DNA from: an uncultured Nitrososphaerales archaeon
Lineage (GTDB): Archaea; Thermoproteota; Nitrososphaeria; Nitrososphaerales; Nitrososphaeraceae
Assembly: GCA_963709405.1 (NCBI GenBank)
Contig: CAVPXM010000073.1
Location: forward strand, 32,001 to 96,000
DNA length: 64,000 nt
Direction: 5' to 3'
Shown: one piece after another, positions 22,297 through 33,067 of the stretch
Numbering within the stretch: position 1 is the stretch's first letter
Layout: each line of letters opens with the position of its first letter
The notes under the pieces: generated by a model
The model's database searches: none
Told to the model about the DNA's origin: nothing
What the model saw: only the letters and a program-made list of their open reading frames with translations
Position numbers and translations under genes: made by a program

Positions 22297-23608
22297 ATGT
22301 GCAAAATAGAATCTCAAGCTTGGGATTCATATGGAATTGGAATGGACACCAAAGTAATTAATCCATTTGGTTGGCTGTCTAAAGATGGCAAACTACTTTT
22401 AGCTGCAAGAACGCTAAGAACATTTGCGTATGGTTTTCTAAGTGTAATTCTTGCAATCTATCTAAAGTTAGTTGGTTTCGAAGACTTTTATATTGGCCTA
22501 ATACTGACTACTACTTTAATAAATAGTGTAATCTTTACTCTAATAGCAAGTTTTTATGCGGATAGAATAGGTAGAAGAAAAATTCTAATCGTCTATGCAG
22601 CTCTGATGTCCTTATCTGGAGCAATATTTTTTGTAACAACTAACTATATAGCATTAATCGTATCTGCGTTAATAGGTACGATTAATGTAACTGGAACTGA
22701 GACTGGTGCTTTCCTTTCAATAGAACAAGCAGCGTTACCTCAGACAATCAATGATATAAAGAAAAGGAATACGGTTTACGCCCTTTACAATATGGTTGGA
22801 ACCTTTGCAATGTCTGCAGGTGTTCTGCTTTCAGGTTTACCGCAAATCATTGCACAGCAGTATGGAGTAAACCAAATTGAATCCATTAAACCGCTTTTTC
22901 TACTTTATAGCATCATTGGACTCGCAGTATTAGGCATTTACTATTTGATTTCAAATAAAGTGGAGGTTACGGTAAATATTAATGATAATAACAAACTATC
23001 AAAACCACTGAAACAAACTTTATCACCGAAATCAAAGCAAATCGTTGGTAAACTATCATGTCTCTTCGCTGTAGATTCTTTTGCTGGTGGTTTTGTTATT
23101 CAAAGCATAGTATCATTATGGTTTTTTACAAAATTTGGAGTTGAATTAACAACACTATCTTATATTTTCTCTATCGCTGGAGTTCTTACTGCATTCTCGT
23201 TCCTTGTAGCTGCAAAAATTGCTGACAGGATAGGTTTGATTAATACAATGGTCTTTACACACATTCCATCTAATATTTTGCTTATACTTGTTGCATTTGC
23301 TCCTACCCTTCCACTAGCAGTCGCATTCTATCTTGCCAGAATGACTCTATCGCAGATGGATGTGCCTACAAGACAATCATATCTAGTTGCAGTAGTTAGA
23401 GAAGATGAACGAACTCCAGGCAGCAGGGATAACCAATATTTCAAGAAATATCGCGCAAGCAGTATCACCATCATTAGCCGGCTATATATTGCAGTCGTTA
23501 TCATTTTTATCAGCCCCATTTGTAATAGGAGGAGTATTAAAAATTGTATATGATATTGTTTTATATTTTAATTTTAAAAGTATTAAACCTTCAGATGAAA
23601 GAAACTGA
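22297..23608 (+). CDS. MFS transporter (frameshift near 23415)
   Basis: ADRIGRRK motif A, DSFAGGFV, MDVPTRQSY; C-terminus continues in ORF 23405-23608. Confidence 0.9.
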
Positions 23609-23892
23609 GATACCTCAACTATCACGCCCTGAGGTTGCTTGTTCATCATACAAGACTGCATTTCATTCATATTTTGATCATTATTATTATTGCCAAATGC
23701 ATCAATTCTAAGCCCTAAAAGATTATTGCATGCATACTGACTCCTATAATCGCAGTAAATACCGTAGATGAACAGGTTTTATAGCGTTGAACAAATAAGG
23801 GAACAATGAACAATTTATTTGACATGAGTTAAGATGAAACGTATGTTGGATAACTTTATACTTTACCTTATGTCTATTTTGATTATTGATAT

Positions 23893-25128
23893 ATGGAAAT
23901 AGAGAGATTTTCAGCCAAGCGTGCTGAGATGACCCTTCTTATGATTGTACTTTCATTGATATTGGCGATGTCTTTTATTTTTATCAATCCTCTAGTATAT
24001 GGAAAAAACAATTTAAACAATAGTTCAAACCAATCTCCGCAAATAATATTAAGAGACAGATCACTTGTTGCTCAGCAATATATTTCAGGTCTTAAGATTC
24101 CTATGAATATGGCATTTTTAGGAAATGACATACTGGTTTTGGAGAAGAATACTGGAGATGTTAGATTAATTAGGGACGTAAAATTGCAACCTGATCCTGT
24201 CTTAGCATTGAATGTAAGTAGCAATACTTTTGAAGAAGGTCTTTTAGGAATAGCGACAAAGGACTCAACTGTTTATTTGCATTTTACTCAGAGAGATCTA
24301 CAAAACAAAGTTTCTAATTTGTTCTATAAATACACATGGGATGGTAACAGGCTTATCAATCCAATACTAGTCAAGGAAATACATGGAGGCAGTGGACTAC
24401 ACAATGGTGGGGTAATGGTGACCGATGCAAAAGGAACAGTAGTTTACGCAGTTATTGGAGATCTAAATAATCGAAAAGGTGTATTACAAAATCATCCAGA
24501 TGGTGCACCTGATGATACCAGCGTTATTTTTCCATTAGAATCAAAAAATCCTCATCCTCCTCATGATTACTATGCTATTGGAGTTAGAACGAGTTTCGGA
24601 CTTGCAATAGATCCAGTTACAGGTTATCTATGGGATACAGAGACTGGCGGCCAAGTTGGCTATGATGAAATTAACCTAGTGACACCAAAGTTTAACAGTG
24701 GCTGGGATGTACTTATGGGACCTGCAAATTCCTCGAAGCTATCTAGCATACCGCATTATGATGGATATGCATACCATGATCCAAAGTTTACTTGGCAAGA
24801 ACCAATTGGGGTAACTGCTGTATCATTTATTCGATCACCTATTTTTAAAGAGTACCAAAACTCAGTATTAGTTGGCGGTTTCCATAATGGAATACTTTAC
24901 GAATTAAAATTAAACAAAGATCGAACAGGATTTGCATTTGGAGAACCATTTCTTGCTGACTTAGTTTTAAATAAAAATGATAAATCTACGATAATTTTTG
25001 GAACTGGATTTGGTAGCATTACTGACATCAAGGAAGGTCCAGACGGTTTGATCTATGTTATATCTTTCAGTGATGGAACAATTTATCGAATCGTTCCCAA
25101 AAATATGCCTTCTGATGCAGGGAATTAA
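23893..25128 (+). CDS. PQQ-dependent sugar dehydrogenase (GSDH family), second paralog
   Basis: EEGLLGIA, HNGG, YAIGVRTSFGLAIDP, YDEIN, FNSGW. Confidence 0.9.
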   Translation: MEIERFSAKRAEMTLLMIVLSLILAMSFIFINPLVYGKNNLNNSSNQSPQIILRDRSLVAQQYISGLKIPMNMAFLGNDILVLEKNTGDVRLIRDVKLQPDPVLALNVSSNTFEEGLLGIATKDSTVYLHFTQRDLQNKVSNLFYKYTWDGNRLINPILVKEIHGGSGLHNGGVMVTDAKGTVVYAVIGDLNNRKGVLQNHPDGAPDDTSVIFPLESKNPHPPHDYYAIGVRTSFGLAIDPVTGYLWDTETGGQVGYDEINLVTPKFNSGWDVLMGPANSSKLSSIPHYDGYAYHDPKFTWQEPIGVTAVSFIRSPIFKEYQNSVLVGGFHNGILYELKLNKDRTGFAFGEPFLADLVLNKNDKSTIIFGTGFGSITDIKEGPDGLIYVISFSDGTIYRIVPKNMPSDAGN

Positions 25129-25856
25129 GAAACACATTTACGCACTTGCTTATTGCGCTATCCAGTATTAGCAATAATTGATTCCTATAATGCTAATCTG
25201 CAACTGCCAAATATATCACATCGTGCTATAAAGTTGCGTCCTTCTCAAATGTTACTGCATATCAAGTGCAGTTCTTATGTAAATCTGTTATAAGTTTATC
25301 ACATCTACGGTTGATAGCAACAGTTCTTTCTCTAGTTTTATTTTATAAAAAGCAAACCATATCCTTATGTCATATTGAGAAAGAACAGGTTGACATCCAT
25401 AACGCTTCCAGTCCTTATCATTTTTTGGCTTTGTCACATTTTGCTTCTTCCTCACCTTAAATACATAACGAAATGGATAAAGCTAAGTGACTCCTATTAA
25501 TTGAGAAGTTGAAGAAGGGCTTGTATATGTATTAATAGGTACTAAAAAAAAGTAATAATGTCGACGCAACAACTATTGCGATCATAAATGAGGTTATGAA
25601 AAGACATTCTTTAGATGTGACCCAATTTTTAATCGACATGTAAAATAAAATGGATCGTATTACCAAATAAAATTCTAATGATTGAGGAGCTTGAAAATCT
25701 AAAAAGCCGCTTATTTTTGTCTTTTGTATTGAGTATGTACATTTTATGTATCAAACATACTTATGATGTTAAAATTGATTAGGCGAAACCATAGGACAAA
25801 TATTAGTTTAGTTTCTTTTGTTAAACAATTTTTATATATTTAGGTTTTATTAACAT

Positions 25857-25886
25857 TTATATCCTATCCATCAGTATAGGATATAA
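25857..25886. promoter_or_regulatory. Perfect 11-8-11 palindrome, candidate metal-responsive operator
   Basis: TTATATCCTAT-ccatcagt-ATAGGATATAA, 13 bp before the ATG of a P1B-ATPase fragment. Confidence 0.6.
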
Positions 25887-25899
25887 CGACTGGATAAAG

Positions 25900-26440
25900 A
25901 TGTCAGGGGCCTTTGAGTATAAACCTAACTATATAAAAAAGGAAGAAATTATTAAAGGATATGAAAAGAAAAGTGAAGAAAAGATAGAGATACTTAGATT
26001 AGCTGGAATAGCCATGGTGATGATATTTGTAACGTGGCTGCACATCTTACAGCCAAAATGGCTAGAAAATATCTCCATCATCATTACAGTAATAGTTTGT
26101 GGATACCCTCTGTATAGGGAATCATTATCTTCATTGAAGAAGGGTCGGGTCAACATGGAATTATCTATGGTTATAGCCATTGTTGCATCACTTATTTTAT
26201 TACAATTTCTTCTAGCAATTGCAATCACTTTTTTTGCATTGGTGTCGGAATTTATCGAAGGATTTATTGTAAGAAAAGGAAGGAAAAATATTGAAGGACT
26301 TTATAGGTATACTCCCAGAAAAGCAATTGTAAAAAGGCGGAATGATCACGAAGATGAACAAGAGAATCTAACCACTCAAGAAATACCAATCAGCAAGGTT
26401 ATCGTTGGGGATATCGTCATTGTAAGAGAAGGAGACATCC
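25900..26440 (+). pseudogene. Heavy-metal P1B-type ATPase, N-terminal fragment
   Basis: GYPLYRES..SLKKGRVNMELSMVIA...VIVGDIVIVREGDI, then homology stops. Confidence 0.8.
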
Positions 26441-26749
26441 TTATTTACCCACTCATATTTTGGCTGGGTTATAGGAATGTCTCTTCTTGGTATTGGAACG
26501 GCTCTCGTGTATCCTACACTACTTGCAGTAATAAGCGATATTGCTCATCCAAGATGGAGGGCAACGTCTTTAGGTGTTTATAGATTTTGGAGAGATTTAG
26601 GATTTGTAGTTGGTGCAGTGGGGATAGGCTTTATTGCAGATATATCGAATATCAGTATTGCAATTCAATTTGTTGCATGGATTGCATTAATATCAGGAAT
26701 TTTTGTCCTTATCGTAATGCGTGAACCTAATCATACATTCTATCGATGA
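26441..26749 (+). pseudogene. MFS transporter C-terminal fragment
   Basis: LLGIGTALVYPTLLAVISDIAHPRWRATSLGVYRFWRDLG. Confidence 0.75.
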
Positions 26750-26996
26750 GTTGAGTATACATGTGTTAAACCACGCATAGTCAATACTTTACTTTACAAC
26801 ATAACGTTGACAAGAAAAAGGGGATATTTTTTTCCCAGATTAGCCTGTGATCAGCCATATGAGAGTTATGCAATACAAAAGGATGAGATAATTAAAAAAC
26901 ACCAAATAATAATAAGATCCAAGGCAGTCATTGGATAAGCGTTAGTAACAGTTGCAAAAATATACTTATAAATCAGTCAACCCATAATATCAATTA

Positions 26997-27131
26997 TTAT
27001 ACGGACTCATCATAATGAATCATATACCAACAACAACATTTGTCTAAGGAACAAGTAGGGCAATCAAATGCTGATTTGCTAGCAATACATTCTCCTGGAT
27101 AACAACCACAATCCACACATTTAATTTTCAT
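26997..27131 (-). CDS. Cys-rich 44-aa microprotein, metallothionein-like, copy A (not in ORF track)
   Basis: Hand translation MKIKCVDCGCYPGECIASKSAFDCPTCSLDKCCCWYMIHYDESV; two paralogs in the window. Confidence 0.8.
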   Translation of the reverse strand: MKIKCVDCGCYPGECIASKSAFDCPTCSLDKCCCWYMIHYDESV

Positions 27132-27402
27132 AGTTATATGTATGAGATACTAGACGATACGCTTAAGGTTTAATTAGCATCATAAGAGCTAGTTATAGAG
27201 ACTATTGAAGTTGCGCTCTTAACGATGTGACTATCAATTAATATTAGTTGATGTCGATGGTTGGATTTGCATCAACTGACTATGCTGTAAATGCTCGTGA
27301 AGGGGAAGTATTGTTACCTAATGCCACTTGAGGTCTATACTATAATGAAACGGAGACATTTAGAATGTTAGATAGGATAATACCAGACTTATACAAGGTA
27401 TT

Positions 27403-29601
27403 TCAACCATTTTCATTCTTATGAAGAGCAAATCTTCTAATTAATAGAGAATTGCCAAATACCGCGGAATCACTTATGACCCATCCTAATGCTGCTAATG
27501 CTGGAGTCAGTATTAGAGAATTTGTGAGACCGTATAGTAATCCAGCAGCAATTGATATCGTTATAACGTTATATGTAAAAGACATAGCTAAATTCTGTTT
27601 TATTTTCTTAAAGGAATACTGCCCTAACTTTAAGGCATAAAGAACATGCTTTAGGTCACTTTTCATAAGTATTATGTGTCCAGCTGACATGGCTATGTCT
27701 GTCCCAGAACCAATCGCTATCCCGACGTCAGCCTGTGTTAGTGCTGGAGCGTCATTTATTCCGTCTCCAATCATAATAACTTTTTTCCCTTGATTGATCT
27801 GTAATTTCTTTATCTCTAGGGCCTTTTCGGCGGGTGAGACTTGAAACAAAACCCTTTCAATACCAAGTTTCCTAGCAATAGCATCGACAGTTCTTTTGTT
27901 ATCTCCGCTGATCAGTATAATTTCTTTTTTCATCTTCTTTATTTCTTTAACAATATATTTTGCATCTTCTCTAAGTGTATCTGCGACAGCTATCAATCCG
28001 ACTAGTGCATCTTCTACAAATACTTCAACCACCGTTTTTCCTTCTAATTCTAGGTTTTCGATTTTTGACTGAATATCTTGGGAAATCAATCTAGTTCCAT
28101 GATTGTTATTTTTGTTGTCATCCCCATTTACTTTTCGTGTTGCTCCGTTACGACCAAGAAATATTCTTTTTCCCTGATATGACGCCAAAACACCTGAGCC
28201 AGATAACGAGTAGAATTCTGATACGTCCAGTTTCGGAATGGATTTTTCATTTGTTTTTTTTACTATAGCACTGGCTATGGGATGTTCTGATTTTGCTTCA
28301 ATAGATGATGCTATCTGCAATATACGGAGTTGATCATATTCATGATGATTTGAAATAACATCAGTTACTTCTGGTGTTCCTTTTGTCAATGTCCCAGTTT
28401 TATCAAACACTATTGTATCTATAGAAGATAATTTTTCAATATATCCTCCACCTTTAATTAATACCCCTTCTCTTGCCGCCTTATCTATTCCTAAAGATAT
28501 CACCATAGGAGTAGCTATACCCAATGCACAAGGACATGATACTACAAGCACCGTGGCAAACACAGTTATAGCAAATGAAATAGGTTCGTTTGCAACAAAT
28601 AACCAGTAAAGCGATGCACTGATTGCGATCATAAGAACGGTTGGTATGAAATACTGAACAGCTCGATCTGCGATTCTTTGCACAGGTGCTTTTGACATCC
28701 TAGCTTTCCTAACCATATCGATTATACTCGCAAGCACAGTATTGCTTCCCACATTGGTTGTCTTAAACTGAAGATAACCATTCTTGTTTAAGGTGCCACC
28801 TGTAACTCTATCGCCAATTTTTTTCTCAACAGGTATTGATTCTCCAGTAATCATAGATTCGTCTAGAGAGGATTCTCCGTCAATTACTTCTCCATCCGTA
28901 GCAATTTTTTCCCCAGGTTTTACAATAACTATATCACCAACAACAATTTCATCAGAATCGAGAATCTCTTCTTTTCCATTTCGAATAACCATTGCAGTCT
29001 TAGGTTTTAAAGCAAGCAGATTCTTTAATGATTCATTGGTTGTTTTCAGAACCCTGCTTTCAAGATATTCTCCTATTGTGAATATAGTTAAAACAGATGA
29101 GGAAGCCTCAAAAAATTGGATATGAGAAGATGTAAAGAGCAATGTAAATATACTATAAAGATATGCTACGGTAGTGCTTAGTACAACAAGAGTATCTGTG
29201 GTAAATCGCTTTCTGTATCTTATTGCTTGCAAGAACCTGTAATAAAATGGTCTTCCTAGAAGAACTTGAACAATTGTTGCTAACGCTAATATCACAAATT
29301 CAACCGTAATTGAACGATATTGCACAAATACTTCCAGCAGGACTATAGATATGGTTAAAGTGAGACCAATAATTATGAGTAATTTGTCGTTAAGCAGCAG
29401 ACGATTCTCATTCTTCTGGTGATCGCTTGTGTGCTCATGCTGCTGCATATTATCATGTTTTTCTTCATCACTTCTAGTAACTACTTGATTTAAGGCAGGT
29501 TCGTTACTGCTGCAACAATCGCAGTTAATATTAGCATCAACAGAAGAAAACTTAAGATGTTCTTGTTCTTTATCCTTTAATAACTTGTCAAATTTTTTCA
29601 T
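27403..29601 (-). CDS. Heavy-metal-translocating P1B-type ATPase (CopA-like)
   Basis: TGES, CPC, DKTGT, SEHP, GDGIND, YN in TM7; N-terminal CDCC and His-rich stretch. Confidence 0.93.
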   Translation of the reverse strand: MKKFDKLLKDKEQEHLKFSSVDANINCDCCSSNEPALNQVVTRSDEEKHDNMQQHEHTSDHQKNENRLLLNDKLLIIIGLTLTISIVLLEVFVQYRSITVEFVILALATIVQVLLGRPFYYRFLQAIRYRKRFTTDTLVVLSTTVAYLYSIFTLLFTSSHIQFFEASSSVLTIFTIGEYLESRVLKTTNESLKNLLALKPKTAMVIRNGKEEILDSDEIVVGDIVIVKPGEKIATDGEVIDGESSLDESMITGESIPVEKKIGDRVTGGTLNKNGYLQFKTTNVGSNTVLASIIDMVRKARMSKAPVQRIADRAVQYFIPTVLMIAISASLYWLFVANEPISFAITVFATVLVVSCPCALGIATPMVISLGIDKAAREGVLIKGGGYIEKLSSIDTIVFDKTGTLTKGTPEVTDVISNHHEYDQLRILQIASSIEAKSEHPIASAIVKKTNEKSIPKLDVSEFYSLSGSGVLASYQGKRIFLGRNGATRKVNGDDNKNNNHGTRLISQDIQSKIENLELEGKTVVEVFVEDALVGLIAVADTLREDAKYIVKEIKKMKKEIILISGDNKRTVDAIARKLGIERVLFQVSPAEKALEIKKLQINQGKKVIMIGDGINDAPALTQADVGIAIGSGTDIAMSAGHIILMKSDLKHVLYALKLGQYSFKKIKQNLAMSFTYNVITISIAAGLLYGLTNSLILTPALAALGWVISDSAVFGNSLLIRRFALHKNENG

Positions 29602-29622
29602 ATATCTATAGTCCTCCCTATT

Positions 29623-29800
29623 TCACTTCTTCTTTGGTTCCTCGTTATAGTTTACACATTCAAATATTCCTCTTGCTATTTCTGATAGTATAGTATCGCC
29701 TTCTCGTAAAATGTTTGAAACCATCTTGTTGCGAATGCTGTAAAAAATATTCTTTCCTTCTCTTCTATTCTGAACAAGTCCACAGTCTAGCAGACACGCT
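29623..29800 (-). pseudogene. ArsR/SmtB-family metal sensor, C-terminal remnant
   Basis: ACLLDCGLVQNRREGKNIFYSI...IFECVNY; N-terminal half missing. Confidence 0.7.
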
Positions 29801-30188
29801 CTGTAATTGTATTGACACATTATTAGTTGATGATATGATGAACTATTGATAGCCATCGCTATTTAAATTCATCTATTACATCTCCTAAATTGAGATTGGA
29901 TATCTATCTAGGTAAAACTGTTACTGGCTGTCAAAGACAAGGTAAAATTAGGAGAATTAAGAATTTACTAGTATATTTGCAGATATGGCTTAATTATTTC
30001 CTCTCTCATACCTTGTGTTTACAAGAGAAACTATTTAAGTTGTCGAGAGAAACTAGGTAAAGTAGTGCGGTTATGGAAACAAAAAGAAATGAAGCGCAAA
30101 AACAAGATCAGTAAAAACAAGAACAGCGTTACCACTTGTTCAAAATATTGAAAATTGAGATTTTCATGGATATGATACTGATACACTT

Positions 30189-30488
30189 ATGAAAGAGACT
30201 GCTAAACTACGTAAGATAATTACAAAGAGAGGAACTCTTGAAATCCTAATCCCATTATGTTGTACCACTACACCAGTTAGATATCTAAAATTCAGAAATA
30301 CACTGAAGGGTTTTAGTAGCAAGACTTTAGCGAAAAGGCTAAAGGAACTTGATAAAAGCGGAATTCTAGAAAGACAAGCATACAACGAAATCCCACGAAG
30401 AGTAGAATATAGATTAACAAATAAAGGACAAGAACTTGTTGAATCTATAGTCTACCTATCGCAGTGGATGAGACGATGGTCTTCCTAA
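30189..30488 (+). CDS. HxlR-family winged-helix regulator
   Basis: SSKTLAKRLKELDKSGILERQAYNEIPRRVEYRLTNKG; CC pair. Confidence 0.9.
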   Translation: MKETAKLRKIITKRGTLEILIPLCCTTTPVRYLKFRNTLKGFSSKTLAKRLKELDKSGILERQAYNEIPRRVEYRLTNKGQELVESIVYLSQWMRRWSS

Positions 30489-30554
30489 AATTTTGATACG
30501 ATTCAATGTTTCTATTTTGAAAATCATTAATAGTAGTAATCGGAAGTGCTATGT

Positions 30555-30689
30555 GTGAATATCACGTGCTCGGAGTGCTTATGTGCACCTACCGATTGTA
30601 TTATTATTGATCGGAAAGATCCTCACATGTGCAAGTATTGCATAAAGGACATATGCTGCTGTATAAGTATTCATATAGAATCGGATTAA
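30555..30689 (+). CDS. Cys-rich 44-aa microprotein, copy B (GTG start, not in ORF track)
   Basis: (M)NITCSECLCAPTDCIIIDRKDPHMCKYCIKDICCCISIHIESD. Confidence 0.75.
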   Translation: MNITCSECLCAPTDCIIIDRKDPHMCKYCIKDICCCISIHIESD

Positions 30690-30803
30690 CAGCTATTCAT
30701 TAATTTTTGTCTTCTGGATTCAAGAATCAACAAGAAATGCTCTTAGAACTACAATCCTTCATCAGATTCTTATAATAGCAGGTTTTGTAACCCTTTATCA
30801 ACA

Positions 30804-31181
30804 TTGAATAGTAACGTAAAAAATATCTCAATTAGTTTATTCTTATTTTTTCTTGCTGGTTTATGTGAAATTGGTGGCGGATATCTAGTATGGTTATGGT
30901 TAAGAGAGGACATGAGCTGGGTTTTAGGAGTTATTGGTGGGTTTGTTTTGTTTGCTTATGGAATAATTCCTACCTATCAACCAGCTCATTTCCATCGTGT
31001 TTATGCAGCCTACGGTGGAATCTTTATTATCATGGCCCTAGCTTGGGGTTGGTTATTTGAAAGGATTGCTCCTGACATCTATGATATTTTGGGCTCAATC
31101 ATTGCAATTATTGGAGTTGTAGTAATATTTTATATGCCTAGAAAGAATGGTGGTGAGAAATCAATCTGGGCCAATCAATAA
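30804..31181 (+). CDS. YnfA family (UPF0060, SMR-like) membrane protein
   Basis: AGLCEIGGGYLVWLWLR, RVYAAYGGIFI. Confidence 0.92.
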   Translation: MNSNVKNISISLFLFFLAGLCEIGGGYLVWLWLREDMSWVLGVIGGFVLFAYGIIPTYQPAHFHRVYAAYGGIFIIMALAWGWLFERIAPDIYDILGSIIAIIGVVVIFYMPRKNGGEKSIWANQ

Positions 31182-31513
31182 TAATAATAATAATCATAGT
31201 TACTCTGACATTATTCTTTACTGCAGCAATCGCAGAGATTGGTGGAGGATATCTGATTTGGTCGTGGATAAGGAAAAAGAAGCCGCTAATTCTCGGTTTA
31301 GTTGGTGGAATAATTTTATTTATTTATGGAACTCTTCCAACGCTCCAACCATCGAACTTTGGAAGAGTATATGCAGCCTACGGTGGAATCTTCGTAGTAT
31401 CTTCTATTATCTGGGGATTATTGATAGACAAAAAGAAGCCAGACAGATATGACGTCATTGGGTCATTTATTGTGTTATCAGGTGCAGCAGTAATATTTTA
31501 CAGTCCTCGCTAG
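31166..31513 (+). CDS. Second YnfA family protein, frame missed by the ORF track
   Basis: Hand translation ...AAIAEIGGGYLIWSWIR...FGRVYAAYGGIFVVSSIIWG...KPDRYD...FYSPR*; probable CTG start. Confidence 0.85.
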   Translation: MGQSIIIIIIIVTLTLFFTAAIAEIGGGYLIWSWIRKKKPLILGLVGGIILFIYGTLPTLQPSNFGRVYAAYGGIFVVSSIIWGLLIDKKKPDRYDVIGSFIVLSGAAVIFYSPR

Positions 31514-31646
31514 CTAGCTGCCATAGCGAACATCTGTTAATCTTCATGACCATATAAGCGCTATCTATTATTGGATTATTGGACTACTAAATTTGCTTAT
31601 ATATGCTCCAAGTTTAACTTGATTCAAATCAGGGAGAAGAAAAATC

Positions 31647-32069
31647 ATGTTCTCGGGAGGAAAGAAAAATGAGAAGCATAAGAACAAGAAGAATCGCTTC
31701 TCATCAGAATATACAATGCTTTCAATCCTCGAATATCTTTATACAAATACACAAAAGATACCTGTAAGTAAATATAATATTGTGACAAATACTCCTGGTA
31801 TTAAGCAACAGAGACCAGATAGAGTGAATATCATGATAGATTCACTCGAGAAGAATGGATACATTACATCGGTAAATACCTCTCCCAATCTCATATTCTA
31901 TAAGATAACTCAAAATGGTATAGACGCTTATGAGAAATGGATTAAGGATTTTCTAGACTTTGCAAGAAATACAAATATTACTACTACACATGCAAGATCT
32001 ATCACAACCAATAATGAATCTTTGAAAAAAGGTAGCTATGACAGTAGTAACGTTATGATGACAGTGTAG
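31647..32069 (+). CDS. Winged-helix DNA-binding protein
   Basis: SLEKNGYI...FYKITQNG. Confidence 0.7.
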   Translation: MFSGGKKNEKHKNKKNRFSSEYTMLSILEYLYTNTQKIPVSKYNIVTNTPGIKQQRPDRVNIMIDSLEKNGYITSVNTSPNLIFYKITQNGIDAYEKWIKDFLDFARNTNITTTHARSITTNNESLKKGSYDSSNVMMTV

Positions 32070-32086
32070 TAAATAAGTAGAACACG

Positions 32087-32941
32087 CTAAGTGACCGATG
32101 CTTGTTGTTGTGGCAGTGATGCAGATGAAGATGATGGTTTAACTATGAGAATAAGATGAGTTATTCCTCTCTTCCTATGAAAAGAGATTTTGCTTGCATA
32201 CTCTCGGGCATCATCTGTTAAACTATCTCCTATTACTAGCCCTATGCCAATTTGATGTCTTGTAACCGAATTATATTTTATGAGCGAGTCTGCAAAGGAC
32301 TCTACGAGGTTTCTATCTATATCGCCATCAACGATCTTGATTATAATGGCTCCATATTCTTTTAGAACTCTCTTAAGATTATTACTTGAACTACTGCCAT
32401 CATTCACTACGTGATCCGAATCTAATAGGACATCAAATAACAAATCGTTAGCATCATGTATAGATACACTGAGAAATTCATTAGGACTCGTTTTTCTTGA
32501 ATCAATATAATCTTGCAACGGTTTGCTAATTTCTTGTATTGATTGCGACAAAGCGAGGATTGCTTCTTCTTTAGTTCTTGCTGTCATTGTAATACTCATG
32601 GTGGCCATTATGGTATTTCTTTCAAACATATCAGTCCACCTCTCGAGAACATTTCTTGACCTTAGTAAAAGTAAAACCAGTGGTATCAACACGGCTATTA
32701 AAACCCCCAATAGGGTAAGATCAACTATTTTATCTACTTGCTCACTTGAAGTAGAAAAATAATCTAACGCTCCAAGTATATTTAATATTGAAAGCACTAC
32801 AAGAGTTGCAATCAATCCAATAACAACGTAAAGATTTTTTTGTGCCAAGTGTATTAATCGGGTGGATTCATGACCAAATCTAGTAGTCAAAATCGCCGAT
32901 GATGATAAGTCAAAGTCATTAAATTTGTCTGTCTCTCTCAT
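32087..32941 (-). CDS. Two-TM membrane protein with soluble C-terminal domain
   Basis: 284-aa ORF with two hydrophobic helices. Confidence 0.7.
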   Translation of the reverse strand: MRETDKFNDFDLSSSAILTTRFGHESTRLIHLAQKNLYVVIGLIATLVVLSILNILGALDYFSTSSEQVDKIVDLTLLGVLIAVLIPLVLLLLRSRNVLERWTDMFERNTIMATMSITMTARTKEEAILALSQSIQEISKPLQDYIDSRKTSPNEFLSVSIHDANDLLFDVLLDSDHVVNDGSSSSNNLKRVLKEYGAIIIKIVDGDIDRNLVESFADSLIKYNSVTRHQIGIGLVIGDSLTDDAREYASKISFHRKRGITHLILIVKPSSSSASLPQQQASVT

Positions 32942-32995
32942 AATGTGTAAATATGTGAAGAATATATGGCATTTTTGAATATATAAAGTGGCATA

Positions 32996-33027
32996 TAACT
33001 AAGTTACAACCACTTGTAACTGAGTTA
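32996..33027. promoter_or_regulatory. 14-4-14 palindrome between divergent genes
   Basis: TAACTAAGTTACAA-ccac-TTGTAACTGAGTTA (13/14 match). Confidence 0.55.
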
Positions 33028-33067
33028 TTATAGTATTATTATAATCCCAATTATTAACTATGCATAC

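Noticed and set aside
31147-31452. 101-aa ORF with poly-Asn in the ORF track
   Set aside because: Wrong-frame shadow of the second YnfA gene.
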